A DNA stretch of 64,000 bases from Octopus vulgaris (GCA_951406725.2 OX597838.1:10974001-11038000); one strand, 5' to 3'. Positions 1 through 12,546 are shown, numbered from the stretch's first letter. Numbers and translations: made by a program. The notes: a model not told the origin generated them from the sequence alone.

Positions 1-126
1 TAACAGTAGTAGTAGTAGTAGTAGTAACAGTAGTAGTAGTAACAGTAGTAGTAGTAGTAACAGCAGTAGTAGTAGTAGTAACAGTAGTAGTAGTAGTAAC
101 AGTAGTAGTAGTAGTAGTAGTAGTAA
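1..126. repeat. (TAG)n microsatellite with TAACAG interruptions
   Basis: Directly visible. Confidence 0.95.
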
Positions 127-389
127 TCGTCCTTTCTAATACAGGCACAAGGCCTGGAATTTGGGGGGAGAGGGATAGTTGATTAGATCGACCCCCGGGG
201 ATCTTTTCGGTTTGAACGGCAGGATAGGACAGCACAGCCACAGCAGGAGATGTATTAGGACATGAAATGTAAAAGCCGGACTAGATTATTTTATGCGCAA
301 CTCCATTGTCTCCCGAGACAAAAAAGGATGCCAACAACAAGTTTCAATGGACGCAATACAAGTGGAAACTACAGGAACATAATTAATTG

Positions 390-793
390 TTTCTTTATTG
401 CCCACAAGGGGGGTAAACATAGAGGGGACAAACAAGGACAGACAAATGGATTAAGTCGATTACATCGACCCCAGTGCATAACTGGTACTTAATTTATCGA
501 CCCCGAAAGGATGAAAGGCAAAGTCGACCTCGGTGGAATTTGAACTCAGAACGTAAAGATAGACGAAATACCTATTTCTTTACTACCCACAAGGGGCTAA
601 ACATAGAGGGGACAAACAAGGACAGACAAACGAATTAAGTCGATTACATCGACCCCAGTGCGTAACTGGTACTTAATTTAATGAACCCGAAAGGATGAAA
701 GGCAAAGTCGACCTTGGCGGAATTTGAACTCAGAACGTAACGGCAGCCGAATTACGGCTACGCATTTCGCCCGGCGTGCTAACGGTTCTGCCA
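390..793 (-). mobile_element. tRNA-derived SINE family B, dimeric form
   Basis: Two tandem bodies (cccacaagggg...gaccccgaaaggatgaaaggcaaagtcgacc...tttgaactcagaacg); minus strand carries a box-B-like GAGTTCAAATTCC; many copies in the window. Confidence 0.85.
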
Positions 794-984
794 CAACCAC
801 ATTCAAAAATCAAGGATATTAGATAATCAAATAATAACTATGCTCATCAGAGTTGACCGATTAAACTTTTACAGGGAAAAGGTTTACAGTGACTGCGAAG
901 TTTCTGCTTATTTGCCTTCACTAATCTTCAAAGTTACTATTAACCATTTACATTAATAAATATGGATCATAGAGTGACCCACTG

Positions 985-1378
985 TTCTTGAGGAGACCTG
1001 TTGAGTCAAGTACGTCAACATCAAAATAAAAATTCAAATGGAAATTGTAGTTAAGACACCCGTGCCGGTGACACGTAAAAAGCACCGTCCGAATGTGGCA
1101 GATACTAGCGCTGCCTGACTGGTGTCCGTGTTGGTGACATGTAAAAAGCACCAACCGATCGTGGCCGTTTGCCAGCCTCCTCTGGCCCCTGTGCCAGTGG
1201 CTCGTAAAAAAACACCCACTACACTCATGGAGTGGTTGGTGTTAGGAAGGGCATCCAGTTGTAGAAACACTGCCAAATCAGACTAGAGCCTGGTGCAGCC
1301 TCCTGGCTTCCCAGACCCCGGTCGAACCGTCCAACCCATGCTAGCATGGAAAACGGACGTTAAATGATGATGATGATG
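985..1378 (+). mobile_element. Family C retroelement: RTE-like 3' tail ending (GAT)n, 3 internal tandem units
   Basis: gtgccggtggcacgtaaaaagcacc-type units, then ttaggaagggcatccag...aacccatgctagcatggaaaacggacgttaaatgatgatg. Confidence 0.85.
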
Positions 1379-1471
1379 TGCTGTATTCAAAGTACTTAGT
1401 AAATCCTTTAGTTTAATGCTAAATTGTATTTATATATAACCTGGTATAAGAACAAACATTAATACACACAC

Positions 1472-2874
1472 ACAAGATTTCTCTTGTCTTAGTTCTTCAG
1501 AACTGCTTAACAACTGATAGTTGTTTCTGTAAGAAAGCTGCCACCCATCACCTACTCTTACTTCTGTTCATCTCTGTTATTGTCCATTACTCTCCTCCTG
1601 TCTTTACTACAATAATACCATTGCTACCAGTTTCAGTCATTCAATGCGACCATGCTGGGGCACCAAGGCAGTGTCCCGGTATATAATCTGCAGAAAGTTG
1701 TAACTTTTTTGTCAGTTAAAGATTAGATATAAATTCGGTGCAGGTGGAAAAGCGAAGATCAATATTTTTGGAAATTGCAAAAACAGCCAAAGACAAATAT
1801 CATAAATATTATTACATTTCATCGTGTTTGGTTAATAACACATGCTATATCGCTATAAATATTATCACATTTTGTCGTGTCTAATCATATAAACATAAAG
1901 CCAAGCCTCTCAATGGTTGGCTGTGCAGCTAGAAATATCAGCTAAATCTCCTCTCAAAGGCGACACACTGGATATTGTAATCCTAGATATGTTTGTTTGA
2001 ATAAAGAATGGAACGGTCAAAGCTTGAGGGCATGATTTGAACTGACTTAGAGTTAAATAGCGGCAAGGAAACAAACTAAAATGATAAAAACATATTCATA
2101 ATAACAAGGCCGAGAACGAAAGAGGCGGAAAGAGATTATGCATCTGTGTGTGGACAGTGATGATGATGATGATGAATGTCAGTCTAGATTGAGCAGACTT
2201 AGAATCAAAGGCAATCTAGCCCTGACCATCCCATGTTGCTGTGCATCATTTATCCAAATATGTCTTTATCTAAAATGTATTTAAAATTGTATTGACTCAG
2301 TACTGTGTTATATAGAGAGGGTAACAAGTCCTCGCGAGAAAGAACAAAATGTACCTCTCATCCTTGCTTTTTCTCTACTTGTTTAACAATCATTCTAGAG
2401 GGTGGGACATTTTTCTGTGGCAATAGTATAAGAATGGGGTGCCTGGTAGGCTGTAAGAGTAGAGTCATGGGCAAACTGCAGCCCCAGAACTTTCTGAATG
2501 ATATGGCTAAATGAAAAATTACCTTGAAGTTTTTTAATAGTGCAACCTACCTGATAATGAGAAAAAGATTGCCCATATTTGGTGTAGAGAGTACTCAGCA
2601 CTCAAAGAAGTGTACATTCACTCAGATAATGTGACCAAGGAGGAGAACAAAGAAGAGAGTGAAAACTATGACATCGGAAAGGCTGAAATGGGTGAACGGA
2701 AGAAGTAAGAATATGCTGGTAGTGATAGTGTTATTGTAGTAAAGACAGGAGGAGAGTAATGGGCAATAACAGAGATGAACAAAAGTAAGAGTAGGTGATG
2801 GGTGGCAGCTCTCTTACAGAAACAGCTATCAGTTGTTAAGCAGTTCTGAAGAACCAAGACAAGAGAAATCCTGT
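1472..2874. repeat. Long inverted repeat, ~159-bp arms (1472-1630 / 2716-2874), ~1.1 kb spacer
   Basis: acaagatttctcttgtcttagttcttcagaactgc...ctaccag is the reverse complement of ctggtag...gcagttctgaagaaccaagacaagagaaatcctgt with few mismatches. Confidence 0.9.
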
Positions 2875-2974
2875 AAACTAACCACCAAAATAACATATTC
2901 TCCTCTGCTTCTCGAAAAATTGAGTACTTTCATATCCATGTGTTATCTTTCCACCCCACTAGAAATACACCATG

Positions 2975-3014
<40 letters not shown>

Positions 3015-3786
3015 ACACACAAGTTTGGTATAATTGGCCCATGAGTACATTTCCACACATTAACATAGGAAAAACAAAAGTCATAAATGAGACAAAAAAA
3101 AAAAAAAAAAAAAACCAGTTGGACTTGAACTCAAATTCAACTCTATGAAAAAAAAAAAAGCAAAAAGAAGAAAAACAGAGCGAGAAAAAGAAGAAGTGTG
3201 TGTGTGTGTATGTGTGTGTGTGAGAGAGAGAGAGAGAAAGAGAAGAGTGCCAACTAAGCTTATTGATTCTTTACGAGATGTGTAATTAAAACCTTTACTA
3301 TTAGCAGTAGATCGAATGAAAAAAATACAACAAAACAAAATAATCAAAGATGAAGAAAGCTCTTACTATGGAACCGACCAACACAAAAACACAAACAGGG
3401 CGAAAACGGCAGCGGTGGTGAGGTGAGGGTGTTGATGGTGAAGATGTAGTGGTAGCAGTGGTGATGATGGTGTGGTGGTGAAAAATGATGATGAGAGGCT
3501 GGTGATTTCTATATTTGACAAAAGGGCAACATACACTCAAAACATTACAATGCAATAATGACGATAACGACTGATCAATAAACCCAAACAGCAACAAAAG
3601 AAATAATTAATTAAACACAAAATGATTTCTTTATTGCTACCTAAAGTGTGCAATATAAGGGGCTATTAAAGGGACAGATTACAAAATCGTGTGCGCCTGA
3701 GAGGGGTAACAGAACACTGCGCTGAATGAAAAATGATGTTTTATACACACACAATATATACACAAAAACATACATATAAGCATTCC

Positions 3787-4103
3787 GTGGCACCTTGGGC
3801 AAGTGTCTTCTACTTATAGCCTCAGGCCGACCAAAGCCTTGTGAGTGGATTTGGTAGACGGAAACTGAAAGAAGCCCGTCGTATATATGTATATATATAT
3901 GCGTGTGTGTGTTTGTCCCCCTAGCATCGCTTGACAACCGATGCTGGTGTGTTTACGTCCCCGTTACTTAGTGGTTCGGCAAAAGAGACCGATAGAATAA
4001 GTACTGGGCTTACGAAAGAATAAGTCCCAGGGTCGAGTTGCTCGATTAAAGGCGGTGCTCCAGCATGGCCGCAGTCAAATGACTGAAACAAGTAAAAGAG
4101 TAA
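3787..4103 (+). mobile_element. tRNA-derived SINE family A, 5'-truncated
   Basis: ggcaccttgggcaagtgtcttc...internal TA/TG microsatellite...gactgaaacaagtaaaagagta. Confidence 0.9.
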
Positions 4104-4317
4104 CACTCGTTTTCTATGCTGGCATAAGATAGACAGTTTGATGGGAGCTGGCTAGGCCGAGGGTCACACCAGGCTCCACTTATCTGTTCTGGCATGGTTT
4201 TTATGGCTGGACATCCTTCCTAATGCCAACCACTTTACAGAATGTACTGGGAAATTTTTATGTGACACCCAGTGGTTGGCTACATACACATACACAAAGA
4301 TATATATATATATATAT

Positions 4318-4476
4318 AATTCATAATTAAGGGCAAACGAAAAAATTTCTAATGCCAGATATGCCGAAAAATTGGACATATTGTCCATTAACCTTATAAT
4401 TTTTAATGGACAATATGTCCAATTTTTCGACATATCTGGCATTAGAAATTTTTTCGTTTGCCCTTAATTATGAATT
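4318..4476. repeat. Near-perfect fold-back: 74-bp arms, 11-nt loop, next to (TA)n
   Basis: 4318-4391 is the reverse complement of 4403-4476 with one mismatch. Confidence 0.95.
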
Positions 4477-4493
4477 GTTTATAGATTTAACCT

Positions 4494-4720
4494 TTAACCC
4501 TTTAGTGTTTAAACCAACCATATCCGGCCTAAATAATCTACCTGTTTTCTGTTAAAACTGCCCAGATTTGGTATCTCACACCAACCTATAATATCAATCT
4601 AAAAACAGGTGATAACATCATCGAAATTTTAAAGCTATGAAATAATGCATGATTAGCTTAAAACAATATGGATGAATAAATATTATATTTGACAGAATAA
4701 TCTGAACGCTAAAAGGTTAA
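4494..4720 (+). mobile_element. piggyBac-like MITE (TTAA target, CCCTTTAG...CTAAAGGG-type ends)
   Basis: ttaaccctttag ... ctaaaaggttaa; homologous copies at 9897-10480, 41511-41739, 58091-58671. Confidence 0.75.
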
Positions 4721-5239
4721 AGGTATTTTTTGATATGCTGGCCATTGATAAAATTTTTTTGAAAAAGAATATATTTTTTTCGAAAAAAATTTTATCCTTC
4801 ATTAGATATATATATATATACACACACACACACGACAGGTGTTTTCAGTTTCGATCTAGCAAATCCACTCACAAGGCTTTGGTCGCTATAGTGAAAGACA
4901 CTTGCCCAAGGTGCCATGCAGTGGGAATTAATCTAATTAACCTGGACCTATGTGGTTGGGAAACAAGCTTCTTACTACAGAGCCATGCTTGTTAAATCGA
5001 TGATGATGATGATGACAATGATGTGTGTGTGTGGGGGGGCATATATATGTGTGTTTTTTTTTTTTTTCTGCACCAACCCTTCCTTGTCATCGTTCCTCCT
5101 TACCCAACCTTCCCCACTGGTGCTTCCCTATATTACCTGCACCCCCACCCCCCACTATCTCTCCCTCTCTTTCCACTGGTGGAACCTTTCTCAGCTAGAC
5201 CCCCCCCCCCCCAACTCAACTCTAGAAAAGCTCGAACCA

Positions 5240-5464
5240 ATCGTGACCGATGCCGGACCCCCCGGCCCCTGTGCAGGTGGCACGTAAAAAGCACCCACTC
5301 CACTCGCGGAGTGGTTGGCGTTAGGAAGGGCATCCAGCTGTAGAAACTCTGCCAGATCAAGGTTGGAGCCTGGAGCGGCCTCTGGCTTCCCAGACCCCGG
5401 TCAAACCGTCCAACCCGTGCTAGCGCGGAAAACGGACGTTAAACGATGATGATGATGATGATGA

Positions 5465-5468
<4 letters not shown>
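5240..5468 (+). mobile_element. Family C retroelement, 5'-truncated
   Basis: One hairpin unit plus RTE-like tail and (GAT)n, followed by a long (TA)n. Confidence 0.85.
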
Positions 5469-5539
<71 letters not shown>

Positions 5540-5825
5540 TGTTAGTACAAGCAAAAGGAAACAGTAGTTATTACATGAAGAAGAGCTAATTATAATAACA
5601 ACAACAGCAACGGTCAAAGAACTGGGATTTCAACATTTATCTACTCTGAGTGTCTTGTCTGGCCACTTAACAAATCAAGAAAAGGTGAAATGTTTTCATA
5701 AGTGGCAATGAATGCCAAACTATTAAAAGCCCACTGTTACTGCTGTTGCACACACAAACACAGAATAATGGATTAATGTTTATTTTTAAGAATGTGTGTG
5801 TGTGTGTGTGTGTGTGTGTATTATA

Positions 5826-6308
5826 GGCACAAGTGTGGCTCTGTGGTAAGAAAGTTGTTTCCCAACCACATGGTTTCGGGTTCAGTGTCATTGTGTGACA
5901 CCTTGGGCAAGTGTTTTCTATTATATTCTCAGACTGACCAAAGACTTCTAAGTGGATTTGGTAGACGGAAACTGAAAGAAGCCCTGCCACATATATGTGT
6001 GCGTGGGTTTATCCCTACCACGCTGGTTGATAACTGGTGTTAGTGTGTTTACATCCCTGTAACTTAGCGATTTGGCAAGGAAAAGAGACCAGGTTTAATC
6101 CCCCACCCATAATAAATATGTACTGGGGTCAATTTATTTGATTTAAAATAATTGGTGTTAGTGTGTTTACATCCCTGTAACTTAGCAATTTGGCATAATA
6201 AATATATACTGGGGTCAATTTATTTGATTTAAAATTCTTCAAGGCAGTGCCCCAGCATGGCTGCAGTCTAATGATTGAAACAAGTAAGAAGTGAAAGATA
6301 AAAAGATA
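5826..6308 (+). mobile_element. SINE family A, older copy with internal duplication
   Basis: tRNA-like head gtggctctgtggtaag...ggttcagtg; segment tggtgttagtgtgtttacatccctgtaacttagc occurs twice. Confidence 0.8.
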
Positions 6309-6313
6309 TATAC

Positions 6314-6523
6314 TTTATTTGTGGGTTAACAAAGCGACCGATTGTTTCATGTGAAAAGAGTTTCACAGTTGTTGAATCATATCACATAGAAGTGTTGGTA
6401 CTTGTCTCCCTTTCTGGATGAGAATACCAAATGGAGTACCAGCACTTCCATGTAGTATGCGTGAACAATTGCGAAGATCTTTTCACATGAAACCATTGGT
6501 AACTTTGTTAATCCACAAATAAA
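6314..6523. repeat. Degenerate fold-back, ~90-bp arms
   Basis: tttatttgtgggttaacaaag...ggtact (6314-6402) vs agtaccagc...ctttgttaatccacaaataaa (6435-6523). Confidence 0.8.
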
Positions 6524-6989
6524 AAAACATTTATCCACTTATGCAGTGTTGAGCACTAATTCTCACTGTTCGATATTAGCATGTATGTGTGTTTATATAT
6601 ATATTAATGATAGAAAATGATGTAAAAAATTTGTTGAAACAATTGTAGTGGATTTAAATAAAGAATATCATTCATTCTATTTTCTATCATTTATCTACAT
6701 TATTTCTATGAATATTACGGAATTCTCAACGTACAGCTGCAGGAGCATTTTCACTGCATGGTGACATCAGATAACCAATAATTGTGGATGAGCTTTGCAT
6801 AGCATTCTACAAGGCTTTTACCTAAATTTTTTGTAACTATACAGGTTGGGCCAAAAGTCACACACAAAGTAAGTCTAATATGCTCCGGAATTGTCAAAGA
6901 CATGCTTCAACGTTTCTAAAGTTGAATAAAATAGACAAAATAATGATGAATAAACACATACTTGTACATGATGAACAAAATGAACAAAA

Positions 6990-7049
<60 letters not shown>

Positions 7050-7051
<2 letters not shown>

Positions 7052-7265
7052 CCTTTCTATGATAGGTACAAGGCCTGAAATTTGGGGGGAGGGGGATAGT
7101 CAATTACACTGACCCCAGTACTCAACTGGTACTTATTTTATTGACTCTGAAAGGATGAAAGGCAAAGTCGGCCTCAGCGGAGTTTTAACTCAGAATGCAG
7201 CAACAGGTCAAATACTGCGAACCATTTCGTCCAGCATGCTAACAATTCTGCCAGCTCACTGCCTT
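7050..7265 (-). mobile_element. SINE family B, older copy between (AAT)n tracts
   Basis: gaccccagtactcaactggtactta...gaaaggatgaaaggcaaagtcgg...ctgccagctc. Confidence 0.8.
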
Positions 7266-7418
7266 AATAATAATAATCATAATAATAATAATAATAATGA
7301 TAATAATAATAATGATGATATTAATAATAATAATAATAATAATGGTAAGGCAAATTCCAGGATCTGGCCATTGAGTTATAGGGGCTATGGAAAGTGCAGC
7401 TAAAATGTATCTCCATAA

Positions 7419-7627
7419 GGAACTATCCTTAAAGATCTGAACAGATGGATAAAAGAAAGAGGCATAAAATCTAGTTTAGTGCAGCTTCAGAAAACAGTGT
7501 TATTAGAAACAGCCAGAATACTTAGGAGGGTTCTTGGCATGTAAGGTTAATTGTAGTCGTCTCATGTTAGAAATTTCTCTTTTCCAACAGTTTTATCTGT
7601 TGCATGTATATGAAATAATAATAATAA
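7419..7627 (+). mobile_element. 3' end of an R4/Dong-type RLE non-LTR retrotransposon (relic)
   Basis: 7419-7544 translates to GTILKDLNRWIKERGIKSSLVQLQKTVLLETARILRRVLGM*, matching the LQK.vLLgTArILRrvL C-terminal motif of R4/Dong; short UTR then (AAT)n tail. Confidence 0.75.
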
Positions 7628-8383
7628 TTTCTAACAATGATAGGAGACCATGAATTTGTAGAAGAGGAACAGTCAAGTACATCAGCCCCTGGTACTTGAC
7701 TGGTACTTTGTTTTATAAGCCTCGAAAAGATGAAAGCTGACACTGACTTCGGCAAGATTTGAACTCACAACATAAAGTGCTATAACTAAATACACCAAGG
7801 TATCTAGTTACCTGTTGCTGCAACGATTCTATTGCCCTTTAATAGTTGTTTCGTATGGAATTGGTGGGGTTGTGCCAGAGAACAGTCGATTATATATCAG
7901 TTGCAGTATTTGACTTATGCTTTATTTTATCGACCCTGGGGGGGATTAAAAGACATGGTTGACCTCAGTAGGGTTTGAACTCAGATTGTTCAAAGTCAGA
8001 ATAAATACTGTGAAGCATTTTATTCAAAGCTCTAACAAATTCTGCTAATCCATCATTCTAATAATGATGATGATGATGATGATGATGATGATTACAAATA
8101 ACCAAATATTGCTGTAACAGCAGCAATATGAGCTGCAGCAGCAACAGCATCAGCACCACCATCATCATCATCATCGTCATCATCATTGTTATCAGCAGCA
8201 GCAGCATCCGTAAGAGGAGCAGCAACAACCATGTAGCATCTTGATGGCTGGCGGCATCGGAAGGACAAACCTACATTGAATAGATTTATTGTGTCTCTTC
8301 TACGGAAGAAGGTAAATAAATGGATAAATAGATAAATAAATAGATAAATAAATAAATAAATATATATATATATAGGTAAATAA

Positions 8384-8415
<32 letters not shown>

Positions 8416-8569
8416 AAGCTTTCCTCCCATCAAGTTGCTTAAGAAAATAAGTGAAGCTTAAGATTATTGAGTTATTTCATGATTACCATCATTGCTTGTG
8501 TTACATCCCTGCTGAAGCAATGGTTGTGAATCGATAAGACTGAGTGTGTGTGGGTGTGGGGGGGTGGGG

Positions 8570-8713
8570 TGTATGTGCATGTGTGTGTGTGTGTGTGCAT
8601 GTGGCATGCACATGTATGGTGTATAGATATACGTGTGTATGTGTGTGGGCACATGTATGTGTGGCAGGTAGCATGTATTAGACACATGTGTATGAGATAT
8701 ATAGATGTGAGAC

Positions 8714-8746
<33 letters not shown>

Positions 8747-8883
8747 AAGTGCATGTGTATGTGTGTTCATGTGGCATGCACATGTATGGTATATAGATAT
8801 ACGTGTGTATGTGTGTGGGCACATGTATGTGTGGCACGTAGCGTGTATTAGACACGTGTGTATGTGATATATAGATGTGAGAC

Positions 8884-8914
<31 letters not shown>

Positions 8915-9053
8915 AAGTGCATCTGTGTATGTGTGTTCATGTGGCATGCACATGTATGGTATATAGATATACGTGTGTATGTGTGTGGGCACATGTATGT
9001 GTGGCACGTAGCGTGTATTAGACACATGTGTATGTGATATATAGATGTGAGAC

Positions 9054-9091
<38 letters not shown>

Positions 9092-9402
9092 TGCATGTGT
9101 ATGTGTGTTCATGTGGCATGCACATGTATGGTATATAGATATACGTGTGTATGTGTGTGGGCACATGTATGTGTGGCAGGTAGCATGTATTACACACGTG
9201 TGTATGTGATATATAGATGTGAGACTATATATATGTGTGTGTGTGTGTGTGTAAGTGCATCTGTGTGTGTGTGTGTGCATGTGGCATGCACATGTATGGT
9301 GTATAGATATACGTGTGTATGTGTGTGGGCACATGTATGTGTGGCAGGTAGCATGTATTACACACGTGTGTATGTGATATATAGATGTGAGACTATATAT
9401 GT
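8570..9402. repeat. Minisatellite, ~5 copies of a ~170-bp TG/TA-rich unit
   Basis: atagatgtgagactatat recurs at 8701, 8871, 9041, ~9213, 9381. Confidence 0.9.
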
Positions 9403-9990
9403 ATGTGTGTGTGAAAATGATGTGTGTGTGTGTGTGCGATGTATATATATAAATATGGGTTTGTGTATTGAATGGAGGATCTTGTTTTTAACCTTCTGTA
9501 AAACAGTGCAGGAAAGAAAAAAAGAAAGCAAATCTGGGGGAGAAACAGAGTTTTGTATAAGAGAGAAATGGCGGAGGATGGAGGGGGAAAGAAATGGAGG
9601 TAAGAGAAATACACAGATAATGACAGACTAGGAAGCAGAAAGTCAGGTATCCCTTTAAGTTTGGAGCTGTGAACAACACACATATGGCAGACATCAAATT
9701 ACATATTTAAAAAAAGTGGTTTCCAGTTGAGTGCAACCTATCTAAGGGTACTATAGATAATACCCTAAAAAAGGGGCAAGTTTGCGAAATTGTGTGTGCA
9801 GAGTTTTTAGAAAAGGTATATTATAATATTTTTGTCTGTCATAAAAAATTATTAAAAGGGTGGTGTCAAGAAGGGCACCTCCATGTAAAGTATGACCTCA
9901 ACCATTTAGCATTTAAGCGGGCCAGATCTGACCTATCACACTTAATCTACAATGTCATTCTAAAAATTAACAATCACATCATTGAGATCT

Positions 9991-10394
9991 CAGGAGTGGC
10001 TGTGTGGTAAGTAGCTTGCTAACCAACCACATGGTTCCGGGTTCAGTCCCACTGCGTGGCACCTTGGGCAAGTGTCTTCTGCTATAGCCCCGGGTCGACC
10101 AATGCCTTGTGAGTGGATTTGGTAGACGGAAACTGAAAGAAACCCATTGTATATATGTATATATATATGTGTGTGTGTGCGTGTATGTTTGTGTGTCTGT
10201 GTTTGTCCCCCCAGCATTGCTTGACAACCGATGCTGGTGCGTTTACGTCCCCGTTACTTAGCGGTTCGGCAAAAGAGACCGATAGAATAAGTACTAGGCT
10301 TACAAAAGAATAAGACCCGGGGTCGAGTTGCTCGATTAAAGGCGGTGCTCCAGCATGGCCACAGTCAAAATGACTGAAACAAGTAAAAGAGTAT
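9991..10394 (+). mobile_element. SINE family A, full length, nested in a piggyBac-like MITE (9897-10480)
   Basis: Box-A-like gtggctgtgtggt and box-B-like ggttcagtccc, full body and tail; MITE halves on both sides. Confidence 0.9.
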
Positions 10395-11204
10395 ATATAT
10401 ATACACACACATGATTAATTTTTAACAGAATGAATAAATAAGCAATACATTTGACAGTAATCTGGACACCAAAGGGTTAAAGATGTTCTGTCTGACTTAT
10501 ACCAGCAGGAAAAGTAAATATAAACTGATGGTAGTAATGATAAGAAATTTAAATCATCATCATCAGCAGTATTTTATTTTTGTTCTTTTCAAGACTGCAT
10601 GGGTTGTATGGATTTTTTTCAGGTAGTGATTTTTCTTATGGCTCGATGACCTCCCTGTCACCAATGCTTTTAGTCCCCTCCTACAACATATTGAGACAAT
10701 ATGTAGCTAGTTCAAAACAGGGATACACACAATAAGATTAAAACACTAAGGTAAGGAGTTATAATAATGAACTGTGCCATCCATACAAAAACAAAAGTGG
10801 CCTTAGACAAACAGATTGTTGCAAACTCAGTCGCTGGCACATTACAAACTCTGATCCTCAGACAAGCCACCACTCCTCTACATCTTCCTTTACTATAGTT
10901 GCTTCAGCTCCTCCGATGAATACCACTTCCATTCAGACCAAATTAATACATCATCTACCTGTCCTCCTTCTCTAACCCACGCCCACCACTGTCATTTCCT
11001 ACACCATTGTTCCCCACCAAAATATCAACAATGTCTGAAATTCCTTTTGCAGTCAATCCAACAAAGGTCAAACTTAATGTCAACTATATTAATCCAACCA
11101 GTTTCAAAGGGACTCACAAATACACACACACACACACATACATATATACACACACACACACACACACATATATAAATATGTGTGTGTGTGTGTATAAATA
11201 TATA

Positions 11205-11395
11205 TTCGCCATGATAGATTGCTAGCCACTACACATACTTTATTTTCTCTCCTTGTTTCTTTCTGTGTTCCTTTCTGTGGAAGAGCATAGGCTCGAAATG
11301 TTAAAGACTTTTTCACTTCCCAAGTGTTATACTAATATATCTGTTTGTTGTCTACCCACCAGTCTTCTTCTTTTGTTTTTTTCTGAATTCACCTG
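11205..11395 (+). mobile_element. Short Penelope-derived/retrozyme-like element with degenerate hammerhead motif (11271-11306)
   Basis: CTTT-CTGTGGA-A-GAGC(ATAG)GCTC-GAAA-TGTT-AAAG; flanked by (TA)n. Confidence 0.55.
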
Positions 11396-11443
<48 letters not shown>

Positions 11444-12428
11444 ACATACACACATGCACATACAACAGATTTCATTCACTGACAAGGCTTTGGTCGACCC
11501 AAGGACATGTATAAGACACTTGCCCAAGGTGCTGCACAATGGAACTGAACCTGGAACCACATGGTTGGGAAGCAAGTTCCTTACCACACAGCCATGCTGT
11601 GACTATAACAAAGCAAAATAAAAAAAAAATATCTTTAAAAAATCCCTGTCACATTTTTATTGATTGAGAGTCAGATTACATCACCTCAATGTCAATTACA
11701 TCATCAAAACATTTCCTTGTATTCTTTATATATTTAAGATTTATCAAAACATTAAAAAAATTTTTTTTCAATTCTATTCCTGCCATCAGGTGTAAATTGA
11801 TCTCTCGATAGACAATAGATTTGAAACTTGATGAAATTCTTTCAATTGAATGTTTTGTCTGGATAAAGCCAGGCTTTATCAATGAAGACACACTGAAGCA
11901 ACGGAGCTCTAACAATCAATAAATAGCGCCTGCTTTTATACCTCAAAGTCTCAAGTTAACTTCATTAAATTTAAATATTCCAACCAAGTAAAAAAAATCA
12001 AAACAAAAACAACACATTAATGGTTGCTTTTAATTGAAGAATTTCATTATCATTAGACAAAGTTGCAACATGCATCTACTTCATGTTTCAATTCATCCAT
12101 TCTTGTAGAATCTACTTTCATATGGTGCTAATAGGTTTTTCTGGAAGCAAGGGTTACAGTATGAGAACTCCAATAATGGTCTGTACTTTAGAACATCTCT
12201 CTCTCTCTCTCTCTTTCTCCACATGCATACAACACCCTCCTCCTACACATCATCATCCTTTAACATCTGTTTATCCATGCTGCCATGGGTTTGACAGTTT
12301 GACCAGAGCCAGTAAGCCTGATTTAACCAATTTCTACTGCTGGATGTCTTCCTAATGTGAACCACTTTACAGTATTTGTTGAGTGCTTTTAGTCAAGGCT
12401 ATGGCATGTTAAATATATATATATATAT

Positions 12429-12546
12429 ATATGAATAAAAAAATGGAGTTAACGCAGGTGTAATCAAATATTTTTACTTTCGAAACATGTGTCGAAAGTA
12501 AAAATATTTGATTACACCTGTGTTAACTCCATTTTTTAATTCATAT
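12429..12546. repeat. Fold-back hairpin, 55-bp arms, centred on CGAAACATGTGTCG
   Basis: 12429-12483 vs 12492-12546, one G-T pair and one mismatch; part of an AT-rich element between (TA)n tracts (12429-12693). Confidence 0.95.
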
